The notes beneath the pieces are model-generated. The model searched no databases. It saw only the letters and a program-made list of their open reading frames with translations, and was not told where the DNA came from. 64,000 nt of DNA from Octopus vulgaris. Its lineage: Eukaryota. Below, piece after piece: positions 37,793 to 51,245 of the stretch. Numbering within the stretch: the first letter of the stretch is position 1; each line of letters starts with the position of its first letter. A program made the position numbers and the translations under genes. Location: positions 68,944,001-69,008,000 of the forward strand of contig OX597828.1 in NCBI GenBank assembly GCA_951406725.2. The letters are read 5' to 3'.

Positions 37793-38707
37793 CTCTCAGC
37801 CTCTCACTCTGCGAATGGAATCTCCAGCAGTCGTGTCAAGTACAGCTGCCTGTTCAGAGTGTCACACACGTCAAGCACCATTATGTTGCAGAATGACACT
37901 GTTGTATTAGCATTGTGCACCAAATAAACATATAAACATATAAACGGTGCAGTGTCTGTCTTGTTGCCGTATGTCTGTCTGAACCGTGAAAGACCCACGT
38001 TGCTTCGAAGGGTCAATGAAGTTGTCACATAGTTGCAACAATGATCGGCCAATAAGTTTAGTTAGATATGGTAGAGACTTCGTAGACGTGTAACTGCGTG
38101 CGCATGCGTGTGAAGAATGAGCACGTGACTGAAAGTAGATGTTGCTTTTGTTCGGATGACTTAGACGCGAGTAGGAACTTTTTAAAGTCAACAGATCCTA
38201 TATTTTCCCCTCATAACTTTTAGGAAAATGTTTTTTTTTTTAAATGAAATTTTATATAAATATCTTTCAAACGGTATAGATTACGATTATTTGGATTACG
38301 AGAACTTTGGAAAATCCGTAAGATTCACAAGATCTAAGTTTTTTCCTCGCAACTTTGAAGAAAATGGATATCATTTAATGAAATTGTATATAAAAATCTT
38401 TTAAACGGCATACAATACGGATGCGTAATGTGTCGCAATCCCCTTATTTTTCTTCGAAAAAAAGGATAAGGGAGGAAACTGGAATTATTGGAAAATGTTT
38501 TCCTTTTTTCAATGAATGAATTACGGTGACCTAATATGCCACAAAACACGAGTCATAAGATATTTTTCAACATACAGTTTGACTTACCAGAAACTCTACA
38601 TTGAAACCCAGTTTTGAAATAAACTCAACGCTAGGGACCGGGTATCATAGCACAGTATCAATGTATTGAATGAAACGTAGCGTTTATTTCAATATTTCTC
38701 AGTTTCA

Positions 38708-39492
38708 AGGCGGCGAGCTGGCAGAATCGTTAGCACACCTGGCGAAATGCGTAGCCGTATTTCGTCTGCCGTTTGTACTTGTTTGTCCCCTCTGTGTTTA
38801 GCCCCCTGTGGGCAATGAAGAAATAAGTATTAATGTATTGAATGCAATGTAGCGTTTATTTCAATATTTCTCAGTTTCAAGGCGGCGAACTGGCAGAATC
38901 GTTAGCACACCTGGCAAAATGTGTTCTGAGTTCAAATTCTGCCGAAATCAACTTTGCTTTTTTCATCCTTTCTGGGTCGACAAAATAAGTACTAGTTGAT
39001 CCCTGCGGTCGATATAATCGACTTAGCTCTTTCCCCCAGATTGCTGGCCTTGTTCCAAAGTTCGAAACCCGAATGCTTCAGTTTCATGAGTAAATTCTAT
39101 CGAAGATTACATTGTTTTTAAAACTCCCTCTCCTCTTCGAAGTATTTTTAATTATCATACCTATGATAAAGGATGAAAGGCAAAGTCGACCTCGGCGGAA
39201 TTTGAACTCAGACCGTAATGGCAGACAAAATACGGCTACGCATTTCGCCCGGTGTGCTAACGTTTCTGCCAGCTCGCCGCCATATTTTTTGGTATGATAA
39301 TTTTTAATTATCATACCATTCACATCTAAGATGCTTCATAGAATTATTAAATTGTTCAGAGTAGATGATTGGTTCCTTATTTTAAAAGCAAAGTTGACCT
39401 CGGCACGATTTGAATTCAGAACGTAAAAGTGGAGCAGTTAAATAGCCCTGGCGTTTTGGGCAGCGCCTTAACCATTCTGTCAATCCACGCCT
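38708..39492. mobile_element. Cluster of family C SINE copies and fragments (38708-38830 +, 38880-39065 +, 39168-39281 -, 39385-39492 -)
   Basis: Similarity to the family C consensus. Confidence 0.8.
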
Positions 39493-39764
39493 CAGTAGAA
39501 CGAAATGGGTATCTTTAATTAGATTGAGATGAAGAAGTAGAAAAGGGAGGAGGTGGATTGGGAAGAAGTGAGGGATTAAAATGAGTGGGGAGAAGAAGGA
39601 AGAAAAATACATAACTTTGTTAATAAAGCAGGAGAAGAAGGGAGAAATAGTCCGAAAGATGACAAGGAAAAGTTCTACAACGCGGATCATTAAAAGAGAC
39701 CGAGCACGGGGAAGATTAATTGTAAGTATAGATGTGAGAGGAAGGTGTTGGGGAAAAGAAATGG

Positions 39765-39766
39765 AG

Positions 39767-39797
<31 letters not shown>

Positions 39798-39925
39798 AAG
39801 AGAGAGAGAGAGGCAAGTAGAGAAATAGTGAGGGAAAGGTGAGAGAATGAGGCAATTTATGAAAGAAAATAAGATAAAAAAAACTAAAGAGAAAGAGAAT
39901 ACAGCAAATACTGACGAAGGTCGAG

Positions 39926-39969
<44 letters not shown>

Positions 39970-39970
39970 C

Positions 39971-40011
<41 letters not shown>

Positions 40012-40030
40012 AGAGAGAGAGAGAGAGAAA
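39765..40030. repeat. (GA)n / (GATA)n microsatellites
   Basis: Direct inspection. Confidence 0.9.
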
Positions 40031-40358
40031 TACAATGAAGAAAAGAACAAGACAGGAAGTGAGATTGAGATGAAAAAGAAAGAAAGATAATAAAGCGAGA
40101 GGTGTAGAGAAAGAGATTGACTTATCTTTGTGAAAGCAAAAATAACTGCAGAAAATAGATGTAGTCTTTGTGAGGTCTTAAAGTGCAAGAAATGTTCAGC
40201 AGCGACTCCATGGAAACATGTCAAGCAGTTTCTTTCCATAATATCCTTTTATGCAGTTGTCAGCCATGTTGTCTACATATTTGTTTCCACCAAGTGTGAG
40301 TATTTTTGGCGGGACGATGACATCTGTGTAGGTTAATGATATTATATTCAGGAACCAA

Positions 40359-40870
40359 AGGCGGGCGAGCTGGCAGAAACGTTAGCACGCCGGGCGAAAT
40401 GAGTAGCCGTATTTCGTCTGCCGTTACGTTCTGAGTTCAAATTCTGCCGAGGTCGACTTTGCCTTTCATCCTTTCGGGGTCGATAAATTAAGTACCAGTT
40501 ACGCACTGGGGTCGATATAATCGACTTAATCCCTTTGTCTGTCCTTGTTTGTCCCCTCTATGTTTAGCCCCTTGTGGGTAGTAAAGAAATAAATATTATA
40601 TTCAGGAACCAAAGGCGGCGAGCTGGCAGAACCGTTAGCACGCCGGGCGAAATGCGTAGCCGTATTTCGTCTGTCGTTACGTTCTGAGTTCAAATTCCGC
40701 CGAGGTCGACTTTGTTTTTCATCCTTTCGGGGTCGATAAATTAAGTACCAGTTACGCACTGGGGTCGATGTAATCGACTTAATCCGTTTGTCTGTCCTTG
40801 TTTGTCCCCTCTATGTTTAGCCCCTTGTGGGTAATAAAGAAATAGGTATTTCGTCTACCGTTACGTTTGG
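40359..40870 (+). mobile_element. Tandem pair of full family C SINEs plus a short internal restart
   Basis: Units at 40359-40592 and 40613-40847, each preceded by ATATTATATTCAGGAACCAA. Confidence 0.92.
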
Positions 40871-41438
40871 AATAACTCAGTTCAGAAACAGTTAGCTATG
40901 AATTTAAATCTTCCTGGTTCAATCCCGGATTTCAGCATGCTGGTGAAGTCTTGCTTTCTCCTTGAAATTACAGCTAATTGTAAATCCTATAGTTTTGGTT
41001 ATATTCTTATATACGCACCTAACGACACATGATCATAATTATAAAGAATCAAATCATATTCTGGTTGGTGGATCCTATAAATACTGTCGTGAAAGTTTTA
41101 TCTAACTTACATCGTAGAATGATAAAATGTTTGTCGGATTGGCCATGATGAAGTGAGAGGTAGACGTAGGAAGCTGTCTCCCTAAATACAAAATACCCAA
41201 CAATAAAATGGTTTGCATTTCCACATATTTACTATCTCACGCAGTTGTATTTACATTTGTGCAATAAATTAATTGTATTGTAAACATACGTGTTAGCGAA
41301 TATGTGATATTCAAAAGTTTACATTATGTAAGAGAGGAATATTTTTTCAGTTAATACTGTTATCTGACAATTGGACATAGTTATTATAAATAGAACCAGA
41401 CAAATGATTATATGAAAAGATATTTGCAGACATGCAAG

Positions 41439-41576
41439 TATGTATGTATGTATGTATGTATGTATGTATGTATGTATGTATGTATGTATGTATGTATGTA
41501 TGTATGTATGTATGTATGTATGTATGTATGTATGTATGTATGTGTTTGTGTATGTATGTATGTATGTATGTATGTT

Positions 41577-41608
<32 letters not shown>

Positions 41609-42649
41609 TGTATGTATTATGTATGTATGTATGCATGTATGTATGTATATACGTATGTATGCATGTATGTATGTATGTATATATGTATATATGTATGTAT
41701 GTATTATGTATGTATGTATGTATGTATGTATGTATGTATGTATGTATGCATGTATGTATGTACGTATGTATGTATGTATGTATGTATGTATGTATGTATG
41801 TATGTATGTATGTATGTATGTATGTATGTATGTATGTATGTATGTATGTATGTATGTATGTATGTATGTATGTATGTATGTATTTATGTATGTATGTATG
41901 TATGTATGTATGTATGTATGTATTTATGTATGTATGTATGTATGTATGTATTTATGTATGTATGTATGTATTTATGTATGTATGTATGTATGTATGTTAT
42001 GTATGTATGTATGTATGTATGTATGTATGTATGTATGTATGTATGTATGTATGTATGTATGTATGTATGTATGTATTTATGTATGTATGTATGTATTTAT
42101 GTATGTATTTATGTATGTATGTATGTATTTATGTATGTATTTATGTATGTATGTATGTATGTATGTATGTATGTATGTATGTATGTATGTATGTATGTAT
42201 GTATGTATGTATTTATGTATGTATGTATGTATGTATGTATGTATGTATGTATGTATGTATTTATGTATGTATGTATGTATGTATGTATGTATGTATGTAT
42301 GTATGTATGTATGTATTTATGTATGTATGTATGTATTTATGTATGTATGTATGTATGTATGTATGTATGTATGTATGTATGTATTTATGTATGTATGTAT
42401 GTATGTATGTATTTATGTATGTATTTATGTATGTATGTATGTATGTATGTATGTATGTATGTATGTATGTATGTATTTATGTATGTATGTATGTATGTAT
42501 GTATGTATGTATGTATGTATGTATGTATGTATTTATGTATGTATGTATGTATGTATGTATTTATGTATGTATGTATGTATGTATGTATGTATGTATGTAT
42601 GTATGTATGTATGTATGTATGTATGTATGTATGTATGTATGTATGTATG

Positions 42650-42681
<32 letters not shown>

Positions 42682-44287
42682 TGTATGTATTTATGTATGT
42701 ATGTATGTAATGTATGTATGTATGTATTTATGTATGTATGTATGTATGTATGTATGTATGTATGTATGTATGTATTTATGTATGTATGTATGTATGTATG
42801 TATGTATGTATTTATGTATGTATGTATGTATGTATGTATGTATGTATGTGTATGTATGTATGTATGTATGTATGTATGTATGTATGTATTTATGTATGTA
42901 TGTATGTATGTATGTATTTATGTATGTATGTATGTATGTATGTATGTATTTATGTATGTATGTATGTATGTATGTAATGTATGTATGTATGTATGTATGT
43001 ATGTATGTATGTATGTATGTATGTATGTATGTATTTATGTATGTATGTATGTATGTATGTATTTATGTATGTATGTATTTATGTATGTATGTATGTATGT
43101 ATTTATGTATGTATGTATGTATGTATGTATGTATGTATGTATGTATGTATGTATTTATGTATGTATGTATGTATGTATGTATTTATGTATGTATGTATTT
43201 ATGTATGTATGTATGTATTTATGTATGTATGTATGTATGTATGTATGTATTTATGTATGTATGTATGTATGTATGTATGTATTTATGTATGTATTTATGT
43301 ATGTATGTATGTATGTATGTATGTATGTATGTATGTATGTATGTATGTATGTATTTATGTATGTATGTATGTATGTATGTATGTATGTATGTATGTATGT
43401 ATGTATGTATGTATGTATGTATTTATGTATGTATTTATGTATGTATGTATGTATGTATGTATTTATGTATGTATGTATGTATGTATGTATGTATTTATGT
43501 ATGTATTTATGTATGTATGTATGTATGTATGTATGTATTTATGTATGTATGTATGTATGTATGTATGTATGTATGTATGTATGTATGTATGTATGTATGT
43601 ATGTATTTATGTATGTATGTATGTATGTATGTATGTATTTATGTATGTATGTATGTATGTATTTATGTATGTATGTATGTATGTATTTATGTATGTATGT
43701 ATGTATGTATTTGTGTATGTATGTATGTATGTATGTATTTATGTATGTATGTATGTATGTATGTATGTATGTATTTATGTATGTATGTATGTATGTATGT
43801 ATGTATTTATGTATGTATTTATGTATGTATGTATGTATTTATGTATGTATGTATGTATGTATTTATGTATGTATGTATGTATGTATGTATTTATGTATGT
43901 ATGTATGTATGTATTTATGTATGTATGTATGTATGTATGTATTTATGTATGTATGTATGTATGTATTTGTGTATGTATGTATGTATGTATGTATGTATGT
44001 ATGTATGTATGTATTTATGTATGTATTTATGTATGTATGTATGTATGTATGTATGTATGTATGTATGTATGTATGTATGTATGTATTTATGTATGTATTT
44101 ATGTATGTATGTATGTATGTATTTATGTATGTATGTATGTATGTATGTATGTATGTATGTATGTATGTATGTATGTATGTATTTATGTATGTATTTATGT
44201 ATGTATGTATGTATGTATTTATGTATGTATGTATGTATTTATGTATGTATGTATGTATGTATGTATGTATGTATGTATGTATGTATG

Positions 44288-44316
<29 letters not shown>
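41439..44316. repeat. ~2.9-kb (TATG)n array with TATT variants
   Basis: Direct inspection. Confidence 0.97.
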
Positions 44317-44318
<2 letters not shown>

Positions 44319-44537
44319 CCAAAATAAGCAACAAGGATATCCAAGGTAGAGTAGTACAATTGTTTCATGCTACTTCATTTTATTAAACACTGTAAGTATT
44401 ACATCAGTTTTAAAATGTCGAGCAATCTTCAATGTATGTATGTATGTATGTATGTATGTATGTATGTATGTATGTGTGTATGTATGCAAGTATGTATGAA
44501 TGTATGTATGTGTATGTATGTGTGTGCGATTGTGCGC

Positions 44538-44584
<47 letters not shown>

Positions 44585-45147
44585 TGTGTGTGTGTAAGTA
44601 TGCAGGCATTACAATGTAAAGTTGATTAGTTTTTGATGATGATTATATACAAAGCATATTATGCAAAACAAGAGGAAAATGGAAAGAGCTTTCATGGGAT
44701 GAGCGAAAGCATTTCGTGTAGCACCGGTCTCAGGTGATTCTCGCTTGGAGTTCAATACTCCAGTTTTTATAAACTTGAGCAAAGCTTCTAGAACTTTCGG
44801 AAAACACTTTTGGTGGGAATTTCACACAACTTTCTTTCTAGCTTACCGCCTTATTGGTTATATGTCAGACAATACTGATTGGTCGCAAGATGTTCACGTT
44901 GGCGTTCATGCCTTTCAGTTTCAAAAGGGTCCTAGTTTTTGATCGAGACGGTTTGAATCTAAGTAGAAGCCTCGCTACAAACCATTATCTGTATAAATAC
45001 GTAGGCACTTTCTCTCCCTCCCTTCTTCCCCCTCTCTCTCTCTTTCTCTCACTCTTTTTTTCCCATCTCATTTCTTTGTGCCTCTGTCTTCTTAATGTGA
45101 AAAAGTTGTGAGCTTGAATTCATCAACCAATCAATTTTTATTTATTT

Positions 45148-45552
45148 GGATATTTTCGGTTTGACCGGCAGTTTTTTAAAAATAATTTCCACGTAACTAA
45201 ACACTTTTAAACTTCGTATACTGCTTTATTGAGAAAATTTTATAGTTTGTAAGATATTTGTTGATTTTTTTCTTCAATTTCTGCAATTTCAACCAATCAA
45301 TGACGTCTATTGAGGTGAAAACATTCTGTGCCGTATGAATATGTCCCTCGTTTAAGAAACAGATTGGGTTTATTTACATTTCTGAAGAAAAAAAGATACC
45401 CTTCCCCCCACCCCTAACCCTAACCCTAACTAACCCTAACTCTAACCCTAAAACAGATTGAAATGTAATAGATCGATACTAGGGTCATAATTATTGGTGA
45501 CAATTTCATATGACACCGCTAGGAAAAACTGCCGTTCAAACCGAAAAGATCC
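45148..45552. mobile_element. MITE with GG-initiated ~29-bp TIRs and 8-bp TSD (Merlin-type), containing (CCCTAA)n
   Basis: GGATATTTTCGGTTTGACCGGCAGTTTTT ... AAAAACTGCCGTTCAAACCGAAAAGATCC. TSD ATTTATTT on both sides. Confidence 0.85.
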
Positions 45553-46049
45553 ATTTATTTTACTGTTAGGGCAGTAACATGCGATAAACTCCCGAAAACC
45601 AAACAAGTCTGGTTTTCTTGAAATACCGAAACGAAAACGAAATATTGTTTACTAGAGATGTAGAACTGCTGAAGTTGCCCTCATAGAAAGTTCATAATTT
45701 CCTCTGACTCGTATAATGTCATTATAGCTTACAATTAATGTTTTTTTTTCATGTTGTTTTTAATTAAACACTTCTAACTTGTCTAAATGGTCTTTAATTT
45801 CCTTGAAATACTCCTAATTTTAATGGAAATTATTTTCCTCCCAATAGTAAGCAATATTTCATTTTCATTTCAGCATTTCAAATAAACCATGGTGATAAAT
45901 ACATTCCAAATGTCTTCGAAATTACGTCGTAATTCTCCACATTTATCATTATTGACAGTATACAACCATTCTATCGCCCCACCACCGTACATATCTCTAT
46001 GAGAGATTTAGAAATTTAATATTTCTGATTTCAGTAAGTGAATTTTACA

Positions 46050-46435
46050 GAAACACATAATTAGCTGTACTGAAGGTACGAAACACTTCAAACCAGTGGC
46101 TTTCAACTGTTTCTGCACGACATCCGCTTTTCATCCTGTAAACGTGCCCAAAGATGAAGCAGTTTTTTTCTCATATCTGTTTTAATCTGCTATGGGAAAG
46201 TTAGAAGTGAAGGTTCAAATCTAGTAAAAAGAATCAATGAAATCCTCGACAATTTCCTTAAAGAAATGTGAAGTTAAGTTGTTGATCTACAACAAGAAGT
46301 AAGGAAAGGAAAACTTTAAAAAAAAAAATTAGTGTAACTGCTTAAGTGAAACAGCTCTGACAAGGAATCGAAACTAGAACGTAGTTTTGGTTTACAGAGA
46401 AATTAAGGTGACACTTTCACTTACGTTGCTTATGT
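46050..46435 (+). mobile_element. Possible decayed pogo/Tigger transposase C-terminus
   Basis: Weak KLERS..VYREIK..LRC-like motif across frameshifts. Confidence 0.3.
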
Positions 46436-46446
46436 CTTTGAAAATA

Positions 46447-46681
46447 TCTGTTTCTTTATTACACACAAGGGGCTAAACATAGAGGGGACAAACAAGGACA
46501 GACAAACGAATTAAGTCGATTACATCGAGCCCAGTGCGTAACTGGTACTTAATTTATCGACCCCGAAAGGACGAAAGGCAAAGTCGACCTCGGCGGAATT
46601 TGAACTCAGAACGTAACGGCAGACGAAATACGGCTACGCATTTCGCCCGGCGTGCTAACGTTTCTGCCAGCTCACCGCCTT
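46447..46681 (-). mobile_element. Family C SINE with TSD
   Basis: Full copy flanked by ATGTCTTTGA(A/T)AATAT. Confidence 0.9.
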
Positions 46682-48018
46682 CAAATGTCTTTGATAATAT
46701 GATGAACGTCATAACATCCACCATATATCTGAGACACTGTGCTAAATTAGAAAATTCATTTTCGGTGTTTTGTTTCTCGTTTTCAATATTCTTTTCTATT
46801 CAGCGCGAGTATAAGTTGTCAAATTTGTGGTTTAAATGTTCAATTCATCTTAGATTTCTTGTAATTTCTCTGTGCTGACGTCAATTGAAATAGATCTATT
46901 TGGCTCTGGTTCTGTGTGGTGTATTGATATAGATGTTTCTACCCAAAGTATTGTCATGTGTGTGGGTTGTCCTACGTAACAGTTCAGTTACCGAGAACTA
47001 CAGATGTGGTCATATACTGTTATCGCAGATGTTTATTTGAACATTGAGGATGTTTAGATAGATAAATACAATTCTCATAAAGAGATCACCTTGTTCGTAA
47101 TGACTTGATGAAGATTTTTTGAACACTATAGCATTGTGTCCATATTTAGGTCCTGCACTAACTACATGCCCAGTCTTATTCGTCACAACACCAGCTCTGT
47201 TTATGTCTTTACTGTAGCTATGAATTTGCGGGTATTCAAGGGGTATATTAACTGCGTCAATGTCGCACATCTCAGAGAACCTTCGAAGACAATGCAATTG
47301 TCCTTTACGCTATACCAAAACCAATGAACAGAAAACCTTGCGGGGTTTGGTTGTGGTGTTCTACATTCTGTGTTCGAATCGCTCTGTGCTCGACCTTGAC
47401 ATCCCTCCTTCTGGAGTCAATATAATAAAACTATAGCCTTAACTCTAAAATTGGTGACCTTGTATTTGTGAGAAATCGTTATTATTATCTGGAATGTGAG
47501 TAACAGAACTTCTAGGGCACCGTACAAAATACTTTGTAGTATTTAGTTACATCTATTTACGTTCCTTGTTGAATTTCTGTCGATGTCACTTTTGTGTTTT
47601 ACCGTTCTAGGATCGACAAAATATGTATGACATATTAAATCTACAACAACTTTCCTCCAAAAATGTTTGGCTTCGTACTAAATTAAGCAACCATTACGAG
47701 GTGTAAAACGGTGTAAAATGCATTTTACACCGTTTATTCCTTTGGAGTTTCGAAGACAACATGGTTTTATTCCTTTGGAATAAAACCATGTTGTCTTCGA
47801 AACATATGTCGAAAGTAAAAGAATTTTATTAACATCTTCGTTCAACTCCATATATTTATTTATTCATCTATAACACATAAATTACTGTACATTAACCCGG
47901 AGTTTCTACCTTTGGATAGGTCGCTTCAACCGTGTTTCTGACGTGAATTTGCTACCCTGGTAACGGTTCATTGAATTTTCCATGTTAACGGTAAACATAG
48001 GATAATTCATTCACCCAT

Positions 48019-48066
<48 letters not shown>

Positions 48067-48140
48067 CAATGTTATTATGATCATTATTCAGGTCACTGCC
48101 TGGAATCGAACTCGGAATCTTAGTGTTGTATGTATGTATG

Positions 48141-48172
<32 letters not shown>

Positions 48173-48574
48173 GGTCTTAGTTGCCAATTTTGTACAAGAC
48201 ATTGTAGATCTTTAGCTGGGCTGAAAAGTCACATTCGATCACAGCACCAGTAACAGTTAAGCTTCGTACAATGGCCATACTCGATAACGAGGGGGCAGCG
48301 ATAATAATGTATGTATGTATGTATGTATGTATGTATGTATGTATGTATGTATGAAGGTATGTGCGTGTGTGTAAAATATGTGTGAGCTTGCATCATCCAC
48401 GAACACGTATAACCTTCCTATTTGATTACACTTTCCAATAGGCGTGAACACTGCAAAAGTCACGACTGCCATATTCAGTGTCGTCACGAAACACTGATCA
48501 GGGAATACAATCAGCTAATGGATATGCATGAAATAATCATCCGATAACAATAAAGTTTCTTTTTCACTTCATTT

Positions 48575-48636
<62 letters not shown>

Positions 48637-48794
48637 TTACACCTGGCGTAGTAGACCGGCAGTTTGACACTGTTCAGCCTCCATTTCACCAGTTGATTTA
48701 TCAAGACATGTGACACGGGTTCTCTTCTTTCGGGTTTCTACTGATATAGCTGTTGGGGAACACCCAAAATATCTCTCAAACGGACAGCTTATGT

Positions 48795-48822
48795 TCCATC
48801 CATCCATCCATCTATCTGTCTG

Positions 48823-48885
<63 letters not shown>

Positions 48886-49285
48886 GTCTATCTGTCTGTC
48901 TGTCTGTCCGTCTGCCTACCTGTCTGTCTGTCTGTCCGTCTGCCTATCTGTCTGTCTGTCTGTCCGTCTGCCTACCTGTCTGTCTGTCTGTCCGTCTGCC
49001 TATCTGTCTGTCTGTCTGTCTGTCTGCCTACCTGTCTGTCTGTCTGTCTGCCTACCTGTCTGTCTGTCTGTCTGTTCTTACGTATCTGTTTTCCTTCTTC
49101 CCTTACTGTACATATATGTGTGCGTGCCTACACACCCACCTACACGCACGCATTTGCTGGAAAGCTACATCTACGATTCAAAGACCCTAGAGTGCTTCTG
49201 TAGTTTCACAACTAATATAGAAATATATATATATAGTGTATGTAATAAGCTCTATGTCTTCTGTTTGCATTGCCAAATTCCCCCC

Positions 49286-49341
<56 letters not shown>

Positions 49342-49357
49342 CTATCTATCCATCCAT

Positions 49358-49438
<81 letters not shown>

Positions 49439-49482
49439 CTGCTATCTATCCTGCTATCTATCCTGCTATCTATCTATCTATC

Positions 49483-49546
<64 letters not shown>

Positions 49547-49560
49547 CTCTATCTATCTTA
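48795..49560. repeat. (TCTA)n/(TCTG)n microsatellite blocks
   Basis: 48795-49075 and 49285-49560. Confidence 0.9.
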
Positions 49561-50073
49561 CTCTCTTTTCTCTCCGTATTAATAGTCACTATCTATATAC
49601 CTATATCTACTCCCTCTTCTGTATCCAAACAAATTCCCCTTCTCTTCATCACTGTCTGTATATTCTCTTTCTTGTCTTTCGATCCCTGTTTCTTTTTCTT
49701 CCTCTCTTTCCCCATATTTCCTATTCTTTCCCACCACACAACAACATCCACCCACCTCCTCACCCATCTTAGTTCTCATCTTTTGCTCCTCCCCCTTTTC
49801 TTTTGTTTTTTTTTCCCCATTTTTTTTTTACCTCTGGTTTTGAATTCCCTTCAGCAAATCCTTGATCTACTGGACAGGAAAACGTAAACCGCATTTGAAG
49901 AGATGCGTAGCAGAGATGGAATGCAGGAGCCGAAAGTAATTGTTTTAAAGTAAAATTCCAATCCACTTGATTGTTTCATTTTGTTCAAGGTTGCATTAAT
50001 GCCAAGTTATGCGAGGATCTGGAGTTAAAATTCTTTAAAACATCTCCGTCTGACTTTTCCCACATCCTTTTCT

Positions 50074-50105
<32 letters not shown>

Positions 50106-50301
50106 CTACATATGTGTATAGACCCCTTGAAGCTGCGTCTACCGCGGATGACTGGAGATGATATAATTGGTTGAAACAACGCCACAATATGAACATTTTG
50201 ATCCCGGGCCAGGTCCATCAGCTGACTTGAACTCAGTACTGCAAATTACTGAAACGCATACTTATATTGCACCCCTGTTGCGTGCAGCTGGCAGCTGGAT
50301 C

Positions 50302-50723
50302 GGATCTTTTCGGTTTCAACGGCAGTTTTTAAAAATAATTTCCACCTAACTAAACACTTTTAAACTTCGTACACTGGTAGAATGTGTTTATAAAACATCT
50401 TTTTCTCTTGGCTTTATGGAGAAAATTCTTTAGTTTGTAAGGTATTTGTTGTTTTTTTTCTTAAGTTTCTGCAATTTCAACCAATCAATGACGTCTATTG
50501 GAGGTGAAAACATTCTGTGCCGTATGAAAATGTCCCTCGTTTAAGAAACAGATTGGGTTTATTTACATTTCTGTAGAAAAAAACATACCCTTCTCCCCAC
50601 CCCTAACCCTAACTAACCCTAAAACAGATTGAAATGCAATAGATCGATACTAGGGTCATAATTATGGGTGACAATTTCATATGACACCGCTAGAAAAATC
50701 TGCCGTTCAAACCGAAAAGATCC
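50302..50723. mobile_element. Second copy of the Merlin-type MITE
   Basis: Same TIRs and body as 45148-45552, with a different 8-bp TSD, GCTGGATC (50294-50301 and 50724-50731). Confidence 0.88.
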
Positions 50724-51024
50724 GCTGGATCTTCATTTGCTGCCTGTTTACAGCAAAATGTACTAACCTAACCAGAGTTACATGTTTTGGTTGGTACACC
50801 AGTTCGTATTAAGTAGCGTCCACGACAAGGTGCGAATCTTGTCATGGACGCTACTTAACAATAACAAGAACAATAACAAGAACAACGGAAGCCGAAACAA
50901 CAACAACGATAAGAATAACGGCAGCGTCAACATTTTTATGATGCTAGAACAGCAACAACAACAACGGTGGCAGCCATCTATCAAGAACGTCTTATAACAT
51001 GATCGGCTGCAGAGAGGTGAAAAG

Positions 51025-51245
51025 CAGAAAGGAGAGGAGGAGGAGGAGGAGGAGAAGGAGAAGAAGAAGAATAAAAAGAAGACGAAGAAGAAGAAGGAGG
51101 AGGAGAAAAAGAAGATAAGGAGGAGGAGGAGGAGGAGAAGGAGAAGGAGAAGAAGACGAAGAAGAAGAAAACGAAGAAGGAGGAGGAGACCAAGGAGGAT
51201 AAGAAGGAGGAGGAGGAGAAGGAGGAGAAGAGAAGGAAGAGGGAA
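51025..51245. repeat. Polypurine (GGA/GAA)n tract
   Basis: Direct inspection. Confidence 0.9.

Noticed and set aside
40359-40450. tRNA gene-like A/B boxes (also in other SINE heads)
   Set aside because: No cloverleaf, and they continue into SINE bodies with TSDs.
41412-44386. Very long ORFs (432-984 aa) of MYVC repeats, and similar ORFs at 3116-3837, 13568-14059, 17155-17995, 20437-21247, 52556-53770 and 59314-59946
   Set aside because: Translations of stop-free microsatellites with no protein signal.
44345-44390. Minus-strand ATGAAGT..GAAACAATTGTA hammerhead-like string in family B
   Set aside because: The core is degenerate and no stem I pairing was found.
45411-45450. Chromosome end or fusion site suggested by telomeric repeats
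   Set aside because: The repeats are short and internal to a TIR/TSD-bounded MITE present twice.
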